64,000 nucleotides of DNA, from contig NC_087250.1 of assembly GCF_037042905.1 (NCBI RefSeq), forward strand, positions 13,084,001-13,148,000, given 5' to 3'. The notes beneath the pieces were generated by a model that worked only from the letters and a program-made list of their open reading frames with translations, was not told where the DNA came from and made no database searches. Positions 12,295-26,405 of the stretch are shown piece after piece. Position numbers and translations under genes: made by a program. This stretch comes from Lytechinus pictus (Eukaryota). The first letter of the stretch is position 1. Each line of letters begins with the position of its first letter.

Positions 12295-15154
12295 GTAGCA
12301 ATAGTACCAAAAGTAGTTCTAGTAGTACATGTAGTAGTAGTAGAAGTAGTAATAAAAGTAGTTGTAGTATTTGATATCAGAAGTAGTTGTAGTAGGCCTA
12401 AAGTAGTCGTAGGGGGGGGGGCAAGAATACGAAAATGTGAGGGTTTTTTTCCTTTTCAATTTAACTATAATATGGGTAAACAGCTTAGACCTCCCATTTT
12501 ATTTTCTTCATAATTTTGTTTCTTCTTTTTCGTTTCACTTATTTTTCTTTGTTTTATTTTTTCTTTTTGTGGCGCGACCCTTGGTGAAAATGTAACCCTC
12601 AAGCGTTTTATTTATTTACTTTTTTTGTAACATAACATTATAGTTAACATATTTTTATGTTTCATTTTAACCAATACTGGGTATTGATTTTAATCAACAT
12701 GCTGTACACTGTAAAAAAAATAAAGAAAACAAAAACAACGCATGCAACTGATTTGAACGGGCAAAGTTCATTCGCGGGTTAAGAATGTCAAGCTATTGTT
12801 AATCACCCATCTCAGATAATAATATAATGATAAAAATAGCTATTTATTGTTACTGTTCAGTCATCGGAAATGATTGTCATGTTAGCTTCCGATTTTCGAA
12901 TTCCTATTTGGACACCTGGAGATAAAAAAAAATATTAACTTGAAAGTTACAAATTTGGTAAAGTATACCATGAATACGTTTAGCCATACTTTCTTTTATC
13001 CTATGTTCTATTGAGAAATTAATATGTTCTAATTTAATATTATGACTGAAGTATTAGTCACGCGCATTGACCATTGTTTCTAGCCATTTTCAAATAGGCT
13101 ATAATTGATCTTATTCTATATTTTCTTAATGATTACTAAAAAATCAAAATAGAAATCAAAATGAAATACATAACCTTTAAAATCTTGATATCTTTATTCA
13201 TAAAAATTCCCATAAGATATATACATGATATATGGACATATATGTATATAGATATATATATATACATACACTACAAATGATTACAATTATAGAGCAGCAA
13301 CGTTGGCCTTTTCAATTGCACAGCAAGTCTACTATGCCCGAAAACAAAAATCTCAGAATTTCCATTTATGATGATACATGTAAACCTTCAAACTCTTGTG
13401 CCCTCCACGTTCCACTCCAAAACTCCCTCGCTATGCTAACCCTCAAATACAATAGGAAGCCTCGCTCTGTTATTTCAGGAATCTAACTATCCTTTTGTCA
13501 CGAGTGTCTGGTTTTGTTTTTGGTAAAACGACCACAAATAATCCGTAGTCTGTGTTCCAGTCCAAAATGAACCCTTATCAATCAATGTTTAGAATGATAT
13601 TTGACAACAGTTCGGCAAAACGCATCGTCATCAATATGATTTTATTATATGCATATTGTGTTCTCATTTATATAGTTGATTTGAAATGATTAATGTGATT
13701 ATCAATATCAATACAATTATCAATATCATTATCAATATTTTGCAGAATTACTATATTATTATTATCATCTTTATTATTAATGGTATTATTATCACTATCA
13801 TTATTATTATCGTCATTATTAATGTTATTAGTATCATTTCAACTACCATTATTATCATGTTAAGGAAATAGTGATAATAGTAGTATCACATGTGTAACGT
13901 TATGATCAGCATTTCTTTGAAAAAAAAGCCCTCTCATTTTACTTGATAATAGCAATCTACATTTGCTTTTGTTTAAACATTGATATATCCCTTCTTCAAG
14001 TTTCATATCAATGCATTTATTTTATTCTAATTGAAAATATCTTGGCGACGTCTTTGTATTTTAGTGAATTTTACTTTATCAACATTTCAGTGATATTCTA
14101 TGATCTTCCTAAGTGTATGTTGTAAAACATGTTCATAAGTTGTAAAACTTATTTCAATAATGCGTGAATTAATTTCCATGTACCATATATGAATAAAAGA
14201 GTGGTTTGAATTGAATCGAGAAGAACATGTGAAAAGAAAGTTATTTTGAGATTCAATAATCGCACTTCTACCAGAATTACGTAACGTCCTTATTACGTTT
14301 TACTATTCCTTTATCTCCTTTCCTCCCTTTTCTGTCTTCTGACAATCCGATTTATATGTGCCTTACATACACCCCCTACAATAGGAAACACATATTTTCA
14401 AGCACTCTCAAGTAACCTATGGATGTATTGACACGTGTTTACAGGAAATAAACTTCAATTCCTATCATGTCTTATCTTTGTACTGTAAACCAACGATTCT
14501 TACCCGCCCTTTCACACGGTAAAACAAGATCGTAATTTGAATTATAATTCCAGTGCAAAATAAGGCTAATGACGATTTTTTAGCACGTGTGAACCCAAAC
14601 TAGAACATGATTAGAATCATGAACGCTAATTACAGCTACAAATTCAATTTCTACTCCAGAGGTGAAATCCAGTTATTATAAGTTTCACTTGAATAACGGT
14701 ACGAATTTTGCGTGTGAAAAGGCTTTCGACCTCCAAAACATCTTTTCGGGGCGGAGCTAATGTGACCTTTCAAGCACTTCCGTAGATAATACAATTGTCA
14801 TGCACTCATCGTAGTTTGTATTTGTGATGTTGTGCTTTGATTGACAAGTCACCAAGGACATAAACCGCTTTCGCTCGGGAATTCAATTCAAATCACAGTT
14901 TCGAGTAAGCGTGTGAAAGTCTGATGACTCTAAAGACGAATTGTAATATCATTACAATGATGATTCAAGATTATCTTGCGAAAAGGCCTAGTCAGATGGA
15001 GGTCTGTAGTAATACAAACTTTATTTTTTTACAAAGGGTTGATGAAGGGGGTAAAGATGATGTAAATGAATAGTATGAATATAAAAAAAATAGTCATAGG
15101 GATACCTGATAATGAAGCTGAAGGAGAAGAAGAAGACGAAGAAGAAGAAGGAGA

Positions 15155-15266
15155 ATAGCAGTAGTTATAGCAGTAAAAGAAGAATAATTACAAGTAGTAG
15201 TAGCAGTAGCAGCAGCAGCAGCAGCAGCATCAGTAGTAGTAATAGTAGTAGTAGTAGAAGTAGTAA

Positions 15267-15298
<32 letters not shown>

Positions 15299-15316
15299 AT
15301 AGTAGTGGTAGTAGTG

Positions 15317-15349
<33 letters not shown>

Positions 15350-15520
15350 AAAGTAGTAGAAGTAGTAGCAGTAGTAGTAGTAGCAGTAGTAGTAGTAGTA
15401 GTAGAAGAAGTAGTAGAAGAATACTACTAAGAAGTACTACTACTATACCACTACTGCTACAACAATTATTATTATTAGTATTATTATTACTACAACTATA
15501 CTGATTCTATCACTACTAAT
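15155..15520. repeat. (AGT/AGC)n microsatellite switching to (ACT/ATT)n
   Basis: Direct inspection; explains the poly-Ser ORF. Confidence 0.9.
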
Positions 15521-16091
15521 GATAATAAAATGAGGAGGAGGACGAAGGAGAATAAGATTTTGAAGAAGGAGGATGAGGAGGAAGGGAAAATACATGTATG
15601 AATGGATACAGAATGAACCCGGAGGTAGAGGGACATAACTGTGGTAAATTATAAATGAATAATTACTTACCCAACCAGAGAAAATATCCGATCCCTTTCC
15701 AATGTCATGCAGTGTTTTAAGCAATAGCGAAGCCTGATACGTGATGATTCACACATTCAATATAACTTCGTCAAAAAAGAAAGTTAACTCAGACTTCGAC
15801 ACTAGCTGCAATCGGAAATAATCTTCAGATGGAAGTAATAAAACGTCCGTTAAAACTTAATCAAAACACTTTGAGGAGTTAAACAAACTACGTGTGCCGT
15901 TCGAAGATGTGGCACACGAGCTCCCCTATTAAAACTCATAGCGATGTTCACTAGACAAAATTATATACCTCTTTTGGCAAACATGTGTATGAGTTTGGTT
16001 TCGGAGAGGCGCGCATGCGGAGACCGCACGGGGGCGTTACCCTAAAACTAATAACCACTCGCTGAGCTCAATAGTCTATGCTGAAGACCCG

Positions 16092-18096
16092 GGGCGGTAT
16101 TCTGAAAACGTTCTTATCTTAATTTTGTTCTTATCTACGTCACGATCTCAAATTGGTATTCTGAAAACGTTCTTATCTTTTTCTTATCTTTTGTTCTTAT
16201 CTTTTTCTTATCCTGCTAAACATCCTTTGCTGAGCGCGTAAATGTATTACTCGCGCATATAATACAAAAGCGCGCTAAAAAGATAAGAACAAAATGAAGA
16301 TAAGTGGTATTCTGAAAACGTTCTTATCTTTTCTCTTTCTTATCTTTCACGATATTTATGATAATATTTAAGATAGCTAGAGGGTTATCACATCTCACGA
16401 TGTCCGCGTTCTTTCTTGCTTAAAATCGATGGCCACTATTAGTAACAAGTACCCACAAGTATTCCTCCCACCCTTTCTTTCATTCACCCTTTATTTTCCC
16501 GTCTCTTTTTTCTATCCCTTTTTTCTTTCTTTCTTTCTTTATTTATTTTCTCTTTTTCTTCCTTTCTATCTGTCTGTCTTTCTTCCTTTCTATGTGTCTG
16601 TCTTTCTTTCTTTCTTTCTTTAAGTTTATCCCTCATTTATATCTTTTGTTTTATTCTTTTGAATCTTTTAATTTCTTTACTTTTCTTTTGCTTTGTTTCA
16701 TTTATTCTTCATCTTTCTTCCATTTTTATTTTCCCTTTTCATTTTATCCCTTTCTTTCTTTTCTTGAATAAGTCTTTATTTCTGCTTTTATTCTTTCCCC
16801 TTTCTCTCTTCCTTTCCTCTTCTTTTCTTTTCATTTTTCTTTCTTCCGTCACATTTTTGTAATCTTTTTACTTCTTCCTTATGTTTTTCTTTCATTCTTT
16901 CGTCTTTATATGTGCTTTTCCTTTTTTCCCCTTTTTCTTTCTTTCTTCCCTTAATATTATTTTTTTCCCCTTATTTTTTTTTTCTTTTTTTTCTTTTTAT
17001 TTTTGGGTTCTTTTTTTTTCTTTTTTCGTTCATTCGTTTGTTCTTTCTTTCATTTTTTTTATATTTCTGCTTCCTGACACTCTTGTGTCTTATTTACTTT
17101 CTTTCTTGTGTTTTATTCTTTATTTCGCTCATTCTTTTTTCGTTCATTCTTTATTTACTCTTTCTTTACTTTCCTCTCTGTGTCTTTCTTCTATCAATTT
17201 AAAAAAACCTTTTTCTTTATTCTTTCCATTAATGTTTTTTCGTTTTCTTTTTTTATTCATTCTTCACTTTTCCTGACTTTTTATTTTCCCTTTTCGTTCC
17301 TTTTCTTTCTTTGAATTTTCCTTTCTTTCTTTTTGTCTTTCTGTAATCTTTATTTTTGCTTTAATTTTCCTTTCACTTTTTTCTCTCTCATCTTTATTTC
17401 TTTGTTTCATTTTCCTTTTCCTCTCTTTTTATTCTTTTTTATTTTGTCCTTTACTTTTTTCCTTTAAGTTTCTTTCTTTTCTTTCTTCATTTTTTCTTCC
17501 TCACTGTATCATTGATAATCGTTCTATTTTTTTTCCTTATTTTATTATTTTTTTCTTTTTTTCTTTTTAAGTTCTTTTTGCTTGCTTACTTTCGTTTACT
17601 CTTTATTTCTTTCATTATTTTTTGCTTTGTTCCTTTCATCTTTTTTTTATTCCTGCTTCATTCTGACACATTTCTGTCTACTTACTTTCTTTCTTCATAT
17701 TTTATTCTTTATTCGTACCTGCTTTATTTACTTTTTATCTTTACTTTCTTTCTTTCTTTATTTTGTGCACGTGTCTCGAAATAATAATCAGTCATTGCGT
17801 ATAAAATGCCTATTTCGCGCAGTGCGCAAGAAACAGTGCACGCGCAGCGCCCATGATATTCTCTTCACATAAGGAACGCTTCTATTGGTTAAACTAACAA
17901 TATAAAGCGCATTTTGATTGGTAATATCTTAAAAATGGGCGTGTTGAAGATAAGAAGGAGGCAGTCCTTACAGAGATAAGAACGCGTTAAGAAGATTTTC
18001 AGAATACCGATTTGCAATGATTTTAGCGTCTTCTTATCTCATTGAGATAAGAACAAAGATAAGAACAAAGATAAGAACGTTTTCAGAATACCACCC
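16092..18096. mobile_element. 2-kb non-autonomous TIR element (PIF/Harbinger-like) with a 1.3-kb polypyrimidine core
   Basis: TIRs GGGCGGTATTCTGAAAACGTTCTTATCTT / AAGATAAGAACGTTTTCAGAATACCACCC; 3-bp TSD CCG; repeated subterminal TTCTTATCT motifs; T/C-rich interior about 16460-17765. Confidence 0.8.
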
Positions 18097-19734
18097 CCGG
18101 CCTGCAAGAATGAGAAAAATCACCTCTCGGCTGTAAATTGCTATTTTGATGCATGGGACAGAGTATCGCGTTGAGTGGAAGTGATTAAACGTATACAGTT
18201 TGTCATGTACATTGGTTTATATAAAGTTAACCAACCCTTACCAATATTGTTTATTTTTTTAAAGAGTAACCTTGATGTTACCTTACATGTTACAATTAAG
18301 TTACCCCCACCCCAAAACAAAATAATAATAATAGTGTACCTAATATACAATTCGATTGCAAAATTCAATTCAATTCAATCTTGGTTTATTTCGTATAAAA
18401 TCATGAAAATACAAGAGACATGTTTTACAGGCAAAAGGCTGAAATAAGCATGCTTACAATAAAATGTTCACAATGCATACAATGGTAACAACAAATACAA
18501 TTTTAACGAGTACATGTCAGAATTTGTGAAATATAAATAATATATAGTGTTTAAAGAGCAGGTGTAAATAAACATTAATTACATATAGTACAAAATGGGA
18601 TGTAAAAATCTGTAAATGAATACAATTTCAAAATGGGATAAATATTAGACAATTATAGAAATCAAAGTAGTATAGTAGTATTGAATAGTAAGTATTTGAA
18701 TTGAAATAAATTGTAATAAGAAATATTACACAAGCCACATTTTTAAATTACACTTTATTACACATGATATTATAATTAGATGAGGGCTGAATCCATAGAA
18801 TGTGGCTTTTGTGACGTCAGATGGGAGCAGCTTCCTTTGTTTATGTCATACCACAATGTAAATTTCAACAAATTTGAATACTGGTCATTGAGTGATAAGT
18901 ATATAATACAAACCTGTATCAAACTCTTATTTTTAATAAGAGGCTGCACCATACAAGCTCTGCTTATTATTAGTAGTAGTAGTATTAGTATCATTATTAA
19001 CAATGAAAATAATAGTAATGATAATAATGATGATAATGATCAATAATAATAATTATAATAATAATTTGATTGATTAAGTACTTTTTGCCGTGCTACCATA
19101 TAGGGGCGCTGAAGCATAAAAGGAATGTCTTCTAATCGAGTACCCATTCACCTTACCTGGGTTGAGAGAAGCACAATTTTGAGCAGTGTCCTCCATTCTC
19201 AACATGTTTATGTGATAGTCTTGAAAACATAGACATGTATTAATTGTTTTATTGCTTATATCAACTTGAAGATGCCAACAGGGGCCGCGGAGCTGTTATG
19301 AAACAGTGTTATACAAAAGTGGGGGGGGGGGGGTGGCTGAAGCCCACCTGGTAGAGAATCTGCCGTATTTAAAATGCCAAGAGAGGCAGAATGTCGTGTT
19401 AGCTGCCCTTATAATCATTGGGCGTGGCACTAAGAAGACGGCTACGTACCTTTATAATTGTAAATCAGACTATATTTTGTCTCTTGGAACATAAAACTTC
19501 GATACAACTAGAAGTTTTATTATTTTTATTATTTTATTTATTTATTTATTCATATGTTTACTTATTTCGTTTATCTGTTTATTTATTTAATTTTTTTGGG
19601 GGGGTGCATTCGAGATTTAACGACTAATTATTTAATGCCATACCGTATTCGCAAAACAGAGTAGTTTTAGTTTGTTGAACTTGTTCTCAAACTCGTAGTA
19701 TCTAGTTCAGACACGATTATTTAGACTGTTTATA

Positions 19735-19830
19735 ATGATAATAAAAATAATGATAATAATATCGGTATATTTACCCAGGGTAGCCACTTCAGTTCCGAAA
19801 ACTGTTCTTCCAGCGGGCCCTGCTATTATT
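19735..19830 (-). mobile_element. 3' tail fragment of the SINE family seen at 20245
   Basis: Reverse complement matches GCAGGGCCCGC.GGAAGAACAGTTTTCG...CCTGGGTAAATATACCG + (TTA)n. Confidence 0.75.
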
Positions 19831-20244
19831 GACTGCTGATTTTTACAAATTAGAAAATATAACTTGTATCCGTAATAAATTAAACCGTTTGTATTTTTTA
19901 GCCACTTCAAACGTCGAAATACCCGGTCTGCAGTGATCAAGTATATAATGTACCTCTCTGCAATGTATGTCATATTCATATATGCCCCATGACTCGGGTG
20001 TTTTTTTAATTGATAATAATTAACAGTCATTGTATAGTGCGCATATCATATTATGATTGCAATGTCTCTATGCACTTAGGACTTGGATATGAACGATGAA
20101 TTATGATATATATTTTTATGCAATAGATTTTAGTAGCGACTTTATTTATTTATTTTTTATGGTTTGTAATGGATATAATGGCATTGTAAAGGCACCTGTG
20201 CTTTTTTCTCATATCTTTTCAGATTCTTATGAATTTTAATCTGT

Positions 20245-20548
20245 GGAGCGTCGTGGCCCAGTGGATTAATCTCCAGACTTTGAAACGGAGGGTGGTGGTT
20301 CAGATCCCAGCCAATGGCGTATTTTCCTTCAGCAAGGAATTCATCCACAGTGTGCTGCACTCAACCCAGGTGAGGTAAATTGGTATCGGCAGGAAGTAAT
20401 TCCTCAAAAAGCTGTGTGCATCGAATAGGTAGCCTAGCTTAGCCGGGTAATAATACAAGCAGGGCCCGCAGGAAGAACAGTTTTCGCAACTACAGTGGAT
20501 ATCCTGGGTAAATATACCGTTATTATTATTATAAGTATTATTATTATT
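20245..20548 (+). mobile_element. tRNA-derived SINE (tail type A)
   Basis: A-box TGGCCCAGTGG, degenerate B-box GGTTCAGATCC, core CACTCAACCCAGGTG..AAAT.GGTA, (TTA)n tail. Confidence 0.85.
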
Positions 20549-21246
20549 AGAGGCAAGTTAGATGTTTTTCATTATCATTAACGTTTATACTTTCCTTTCT
20601 CGATAATCGTTTGTACAAACTTATAACTCTGTGATAATGCCTGTTTCAGTTATTGTATAATTTGCCTGTGAGACTTATATTGTTTTTGTACAATTAATTG
20701 ATTTGAGAGAAGACAATAAAAACATGTCTTAACACACACAAAAAAAATCAATACAAACTTCTTAACAAAAAAAATCGACTCAGGTATAGATTTCACTAAT
20801 AAAAAAGACATACACGTGATAGGAAATTTGCATTATAATGCCGAATATAATATAATTCACTAATGAAATAATGGTGAAATATTAAATCCATGCGATTGTT
20901 AATTCATTTTTCGGTTTATTGATTAATTGTTGAACTGCATTCTAATTACAGAAATATGAGCACTTTTTCTTAGCTGATGCCATCCAATAATAATCTCAAT
21001 ATGAATATGTACTTATAATATTATTTTTTGTATATTTTTCTGTACAATGCAATTTTTTCTCCTATACAATAAAACATCAAACACCTTACTTCTGATGACT
21101 TCGTGTCTTAATTTCTGTCGGGTGTACAATCGAGGAGCCTTCCACAGGTGCCTTCACATTGAATATAATTGTTGGAAAAGGAAATAAACGAAACGAAACG
21201 AAATGAAATAATATGCCTGCCCCCCCCCCCCCCCGTGCTTATTCTG

Positions 21247-21312
21247 CCATGGTGGCTCAGTAGTAGAGCGCATGCATCATGAACGGGAGGTCGTGGGTTC
21301 GATCCCCGGCTG
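21247..21312 (+). mobile_element. tRNA-like SINE head fragment
   Basis: TGGCTCAGTAGTAGAGC...GGTTCGATCCCCGGC; stems do not form a full cloverleaf. Confidence 0.6.
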
Positions 21313-22187
21313 AATTATACTACAGAATTAGATACAGAAATGGAACCTTCTTCCTACCTCCTATATTCGTAAAAAGCCTGTTTAATGCTTGTGACAGAAC
21401 AAAATAACCCATTCGTAATGAATATCTTCCATTCTATCATTAATGTTCACCGATATTTATTAACTATGTTTCTCCCTCTTTCTGGATCCTAGAATGAAAA
21501 ACAAATCAAACACAATCACAATGTTTTTACATGGTTGACTTCGTTTTTTTTCAGGCCTATTAAATAGGTCGCTTTTCGGAGTCTCCTTGATAACCGAAAT
21601 ATATTTATCTGTTTATTGGAAAATAATATAGGTCAGTAAATATATAGATCAATCAATTTGGGGGGATTATGGAAGGACGCCATCTCATGTCGGGTTACAA
21701 TTAGTCTATATATTGACCCTTTTTTCGTTCCGAATCTCACAATCGCATTCGTAGCAAGGAGTATACAGCATCCATCCGAATCCTGCCTCTTTCAGTTGCA
21801 ATCTGCAACCATTTCAGAGATATTTCTATCTATTCATATGTCATTGTTACTCATTACTCTTTCACCATGACATGATTTTCTTCCTAAAAATGCTTAGTTC
21901 TAGTCTTAATAACTCGAGTATACACATATTTTTGTTTTCTCTCTCAATTTGTTCACAGTAATAATGATTGATTCACCATTGGTTACTATAATCATGGACT
22001 GATCGTATATTATTTTATTGCAAGCAACGTGTTAACAATTGAATAGTTATGTTTAATTTTCAATAAAGGATTGATTACAAGTTGCACATTTTGTTCAATG
22101 GATTAAAAACCACACACATTTGTGTAAACTATGTTGATTTAAAGTTGTTTGCACTCTTAAAACGACAAAGAACGTGGTGCTGAGGTA

Positions 22188-22361
22188 CACTGTAAAATTG
22201 AAGGGCTAATTTAGCACTTACCATGCTTACAATGCTTGTATAGTGACTGCACTACGAGTGCTGATTTTCTAGTTCAAATCTAAACTAGAAAATCAGCACT
22301 CGTAGTGCAGTCACTATGCAAGCACTTTAAGTGCTAAATTAGCACTTCATTTTTTACAGTG
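22188..22361. mobile_element. Palindromic MITE (CACTGTAAAA...TTTTACAGTG), copy 1
   Basis: Near-complete self reverse-complementarity; same family as 22521-22691 and 24303-24472. Confidence 0.8.
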
Positions 22362-22520
22362 TTATATTTGATCTACCATATAGGAAAGACATTACGAAGT
22401 ACATCAGTAAAATTAAACATACAATATATACAAAATCAATTTGGATGGTATTTGAACAAATACATATACATTTATGGATTACGCCATTTATGTTGGTCAA
22501 TAACTTTAATTTAACACACA

Positions 22521-22691
22521 TATACTAAAAAATGAAGTGATAATTTAGCACCAAAGGAGTTTGTATAGTGACTGCACCTCGAAGTACTGATTTAGTACAT
22601 TAAATTTGAACTAGAAAATGAGCACCCCGAAGTGGAGTCACGATATCAAGCTCTGTTGAAGTGCTAAATTAGTACTTCATTTTTTAGAGTG
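22521..22691. mobile_element. Palindromic MITE, diverged copy 2
   Basis: AAAAAATGAAGTGATAATTTAGCAC...GTGCTAAATTAGTACTTCATTTTTTAGAGTG. Confidence 0.7.
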
Positions 22692-23099
22692 TAGGTGTTG
22701 AAACTAAACACCACAAAATTAACACCAGAGTAAAAAGACTGGTATCGTCGTCTATCACACCGGGCAATGACAGAATTTTCGCTGTTTTAGATAACCAAAT
22801 CAATCATGAATATATCATCGAAATATACACACATAATGAAAACAATGTTCGCAGAATTAACTTTTTTTAGCTAGGACATCCTATTTAGCACAGAGAGGCG
22901 ATAAAATAGATATGGGAGGGAGTCGTTGTTATTCCCTAGAATCAGTTTTAAAGTTGAATATCTAATGTACAGCGATATCCATAAGTCGTGGTGGATAATA
23001 GGATCACCCTCTTTAATCCATTTTTTTACCTTCGATATTTTACGCAGGTTATGTCAAGTCGAAACCATGTCTCGAAGTGGGGGGGGGGTGAAAATAATA

Positions 23100-23330
23100 T
23101 TATTTATATCCTCTCCCGAAGTGAACCGTAAGAAACGCCCAAAGTGCCACAAAGAGAAGTAGTCCCACAGAGAAACGGTTTGTTGAGGAGGAGTTGCAGA
23201 AGTTCTCACCGCAGCAATGGAAACACGTCTTGATCTGAGAGCCCTCCAAACAACCCTCTTGGCAGCTTGAATCGAAGGCGCATCCTCGCTGGATTCCTGT
23301 CAACGCCTTGCCGTGGTAGAATAGAACTAA
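23100..23330 (-). CDS. Ly6/uPAR (three-finger) protein A, exon 3: C-terminal half of the LU domain plus GPI signal
   Basis: Acceptor CTTTCCAG|TTA; RGC...C...C...CFHCCGENFCN followed by hydrophobic tail VGLLLFVALWAFLTV; phase 0 matches exon 2. Confidence 0.9.
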   Translation of the reverse strand, partial: LVLFYHGKALTGIQRGCAFDSSCQEGCLEGSQIKTCFHCCGENFCNSSSTNRFSVGLLLFVALWAFLTVHFGRGYK

Positions 23331-24302
23331 CTGGAAAGAGAGAGAGTGAAAGTCAGGGAGAGAGGGTGAGAACAACATATTAATACAAAAATTTAGAGAA
23401 ATTTGTTCCGGGGGGGGGGCAAGATGCATAACATTTCCTACGAAAATGGGGGAGGGAGCATGTACAAAATATTGAAATTGAATAATTTTGTGCAAACTTC
23501 TTGAGAATTTGTGAGAATTCGATTGGAAAAAAATGTTTTCAGAATTCCAGGGGAAGAGGGCGTAAGACCATGACCTTAAACTAAATCTGCACTATTTGTG
23601 GTGAAAATTAGTGTAAACAAAATCCAGAAGGATGCCGATGTTTATTCTTTTCATAAAGGTTGCACGTAAAATGTGCCGTTGCTTTGTATCATTATTTTAG
23701 GGTGCAAATTTTCCTTAGCATCATTGTTATTTTTTTTTTACGCTGATGTGATTTATTTCTTTTGATGTAAACTTCGATTCATTTTCTTTGCTAATGTTTA
23801 AAATAGTAATATTATGCTGATATATTTAAAGTCATTTATAATATGTTTTTTGTCTTATTTCGTCATACTTTGCTTTGTTATATTTAAATGTTTTTATATA
23901 AATTTCTGTATTCTTTGAATTTTTCTTGTCACAGCGTTGCTTAAAACAGTTTCATGCTGATTGCGGGCAGCATGCTTTGTTTTGTTTTTGTTTTTAAACT
24001 GTTGCCAAATACCACGTTCCTTTGCTTTGTTCCCATTATGTTATTAGTTTACTCAATAATTTTGAGGAGCCCACAAAATACAAGCCTTGCACTTTAGCGG
24101 GCCTCTTCATTTTCCAAACACACTTTGTTTGTGTGGGTGTGGGTGTGTGCGTTGGTGGGTGTGTGTGTCAAACTTCTTTTGTTATTGACTGCATATTACA
24201 ATAACATAAAACATAATACATAAAATGCTATATCAAGTACAATGATGGTAAAATATTGTTTATTGCTTTGATTCAATTCAGTTGACCAAACTGTATCTCC
24301 CT

Positions 24303-24472
24303 CACTGTAAAAAAAAATGAAGCGCCAACTTAGCACATACGGTGCTTGTATAGTGACTGAACTATTGGTGCTGATTTTCTAGTTCAAATTTAAACAAGAA
24401 AATCAGCACTCGTAGTGCAGTCACTATACAAGCACTGTAAAGTGCTAAATTAGCACTTCATTTTTTACAGTG
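24303..24472. mobile_element. Palindromic MITE, copy 3 (intron 2 of Ly6 gene A)
   Basis: CACTGTAAAAAAAATGAAG...CTTCATTTTTTACAGTG. Confidence 0.8.
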
Positions 24473-24550
24473 CTGATATCTAATTTGTCGAAAGCGAAAT
24501 TGATGAAAATAATTGAATAAAGTCAAACAAACCAAACCAAGCAAACTCAC

Positions 24551-24717
24551 GGAACAGGAATCCACATGTATGCCGCACTCGACCGTCCCCACGTCAGGCC
24601 CAGACTCATCAAAGTCAGGTCCGCATGAGGTGGGCCCAGTAACAACGAATGGGTTGGTGTCGTGTAACCTTACGGAGTCATACTTGCACTCGAAACAAGT
24701 AATCCCTTCAGTTACCC
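24551..24717 (-). CDS. Ly6/uPAR protein A, exon 2
   Basis: Acceptor TTTCCTCTCTAG|GG; (G)VTEGITCFECKY...SCGPDF...VECGIHVDSCS; donor TCC|GTGAG; 167 nt, phase 1 to 0. Confidence 0.9.
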
Positions 24718-25688
24718 CTAGAGAGGAAATACCAGTCAGTGACATGTTTAAATATATAAAATGTGATGTATGGAAATTACAATTTAATATTCTTAATATT
24801 TTTACACCCGCAAACTACAATTCATTTTCTACATCTAGATGATTTTTTTTGTTATGATCCACTAGTCACAAAGATATGAACATTTTTTTTACATTACACA
24901 TTACGAAACCTATCCATCCAATGTTTGTATTAAAAGTAAATGTAGTCAGGACAAGGACTGTCCGTCGAGTTTTCCTTCACATGACTGAATGTGTATAGAC
25001 TGCAGACATGACTACGCCTTGACGGGCAAATTAGTAATTTAGTACAGAAAGGAACCTTTCAATATGGTTATGAAAAAAAAATGTAAACAAAAATGTAAAC
25101 TCATGCACAAACTATAAAAATCAAATACGTAACTTTTCAAGATGAGATCATGAAATAAAATAAACTGTTTAATTCATTTCCTTGTACGTTGTAGTTATTA
25201 AAATATCATAATTTCTATGTTTGATTAAAGGTATCATGACAATTTTCTTAAGCCTTTATTTACTTAAATGTAAGCATGTGCCCGCAAGTTGTGGGCACAA
25301 ACTTTAAAAAGGAAATAAATTAAGAGTGAATGAGGACACAAAATATTATTGGACTACGCACTTTATTCAACGTAATAACGAAACTTGGATTGAGAGGCTT
25401 TCTGAAGAGTGCCGAAATAACGCTCATATTTCTGTGTTCAATGGACCATATCGCATAAAATCTACGCCAGTTATGCGAGTTTGCGATCATAAAATTATAT
25501 ACAACATGATTTGGTAAGTTTCACACTATACTCATTGAAATTATAATTAACATTCTTGTGGGACACGGTGTCGCTTCTCCTGAAAAAAAAAAAATTTAAC
25601 TATTTTACGTACAAATGCTTAATTCGTATCAGTTGTACCAGTGTTATTCAATGAAGATCCATTAGAGCAAATATTGAGAAATTCTTAC

Positions 25689-25746
25689 CGATCATAACAC
25701 TCATGAAAGTGAAGAAAAATCCCAGTTGCAACATTTCAGTGGCCAT
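25689..25746 (-). CDS. Ly6/uPAR protein A, exon 1 (signal peptide); spliced product 151 aa
   Basis: MATEMLQLGFFFTFMSVMI-G then donor G|GTAAG; phase 1 matches exon 2. Confidence 0.8.
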
Positions 25747-26373
25747 TGGTATCCTCAGTATACTGCTTTCTAAACACGCTCAACTGACAAAATATAAAAT
25801 CTTATCTGAAAGAACTCCTGGAATAAAGGCGTTATAATAGTGCCTTACGAACAAAGATATAGATAATGCAGTAGACTGGAATATACGGTCTAAATCTAAA
25901 AAGGAGTTTCTGGAAATAAAATCGTAAAATGTGCTCTCACAACAATACTTATAAAAGGGTGTCTAGAATTCCAAAGGCTCGCATATCGCATGATTGGAGA
26001 ATATGTAAAAAAAGTATCTGCCAAGGAAATTCCTGTTATTCCTTATATTGATACGATTGCTGATGGATGGAAAAAATGTATGTTTTTTTTTGTGTGAGGG
26101 GAGGGGTTGGTCGGTTCGTCATTTTTTTTTATTATTCCATTGTTACTATTGAGTCATTCAGCTTCAAATTGTACCCCCCCCCCTTCTCAATTAGGTTAAT
26201 AACCTTTTTCGATGTTTGCGGATCACCGTAATGTATACTGTCACACATTCTGAAATACTATTTTAATATCCAGATAATGACATGAATGAGGAACGGTAAC
26301 AGAAGATAAAAAAAACCTCATATCGACGACTTTTTTTCAAAACATTACCACCAAAACCAAAGACTCTTGTTTG

Positions 26374-26405
<32 letters not shown>

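Noticed and set aside
15112..15504. Poly-Ser ORF (and the Ser/Val/Thr-rich ORFs at 10404-10948)
   Set aside because: (AGT)n microsatellites.
16429..17872. Phe/Leu-rich ORFs that look like membrane proteins
   Set aside because: Translation artefacts of the T-rich tract inside a MITE; open in several frames.
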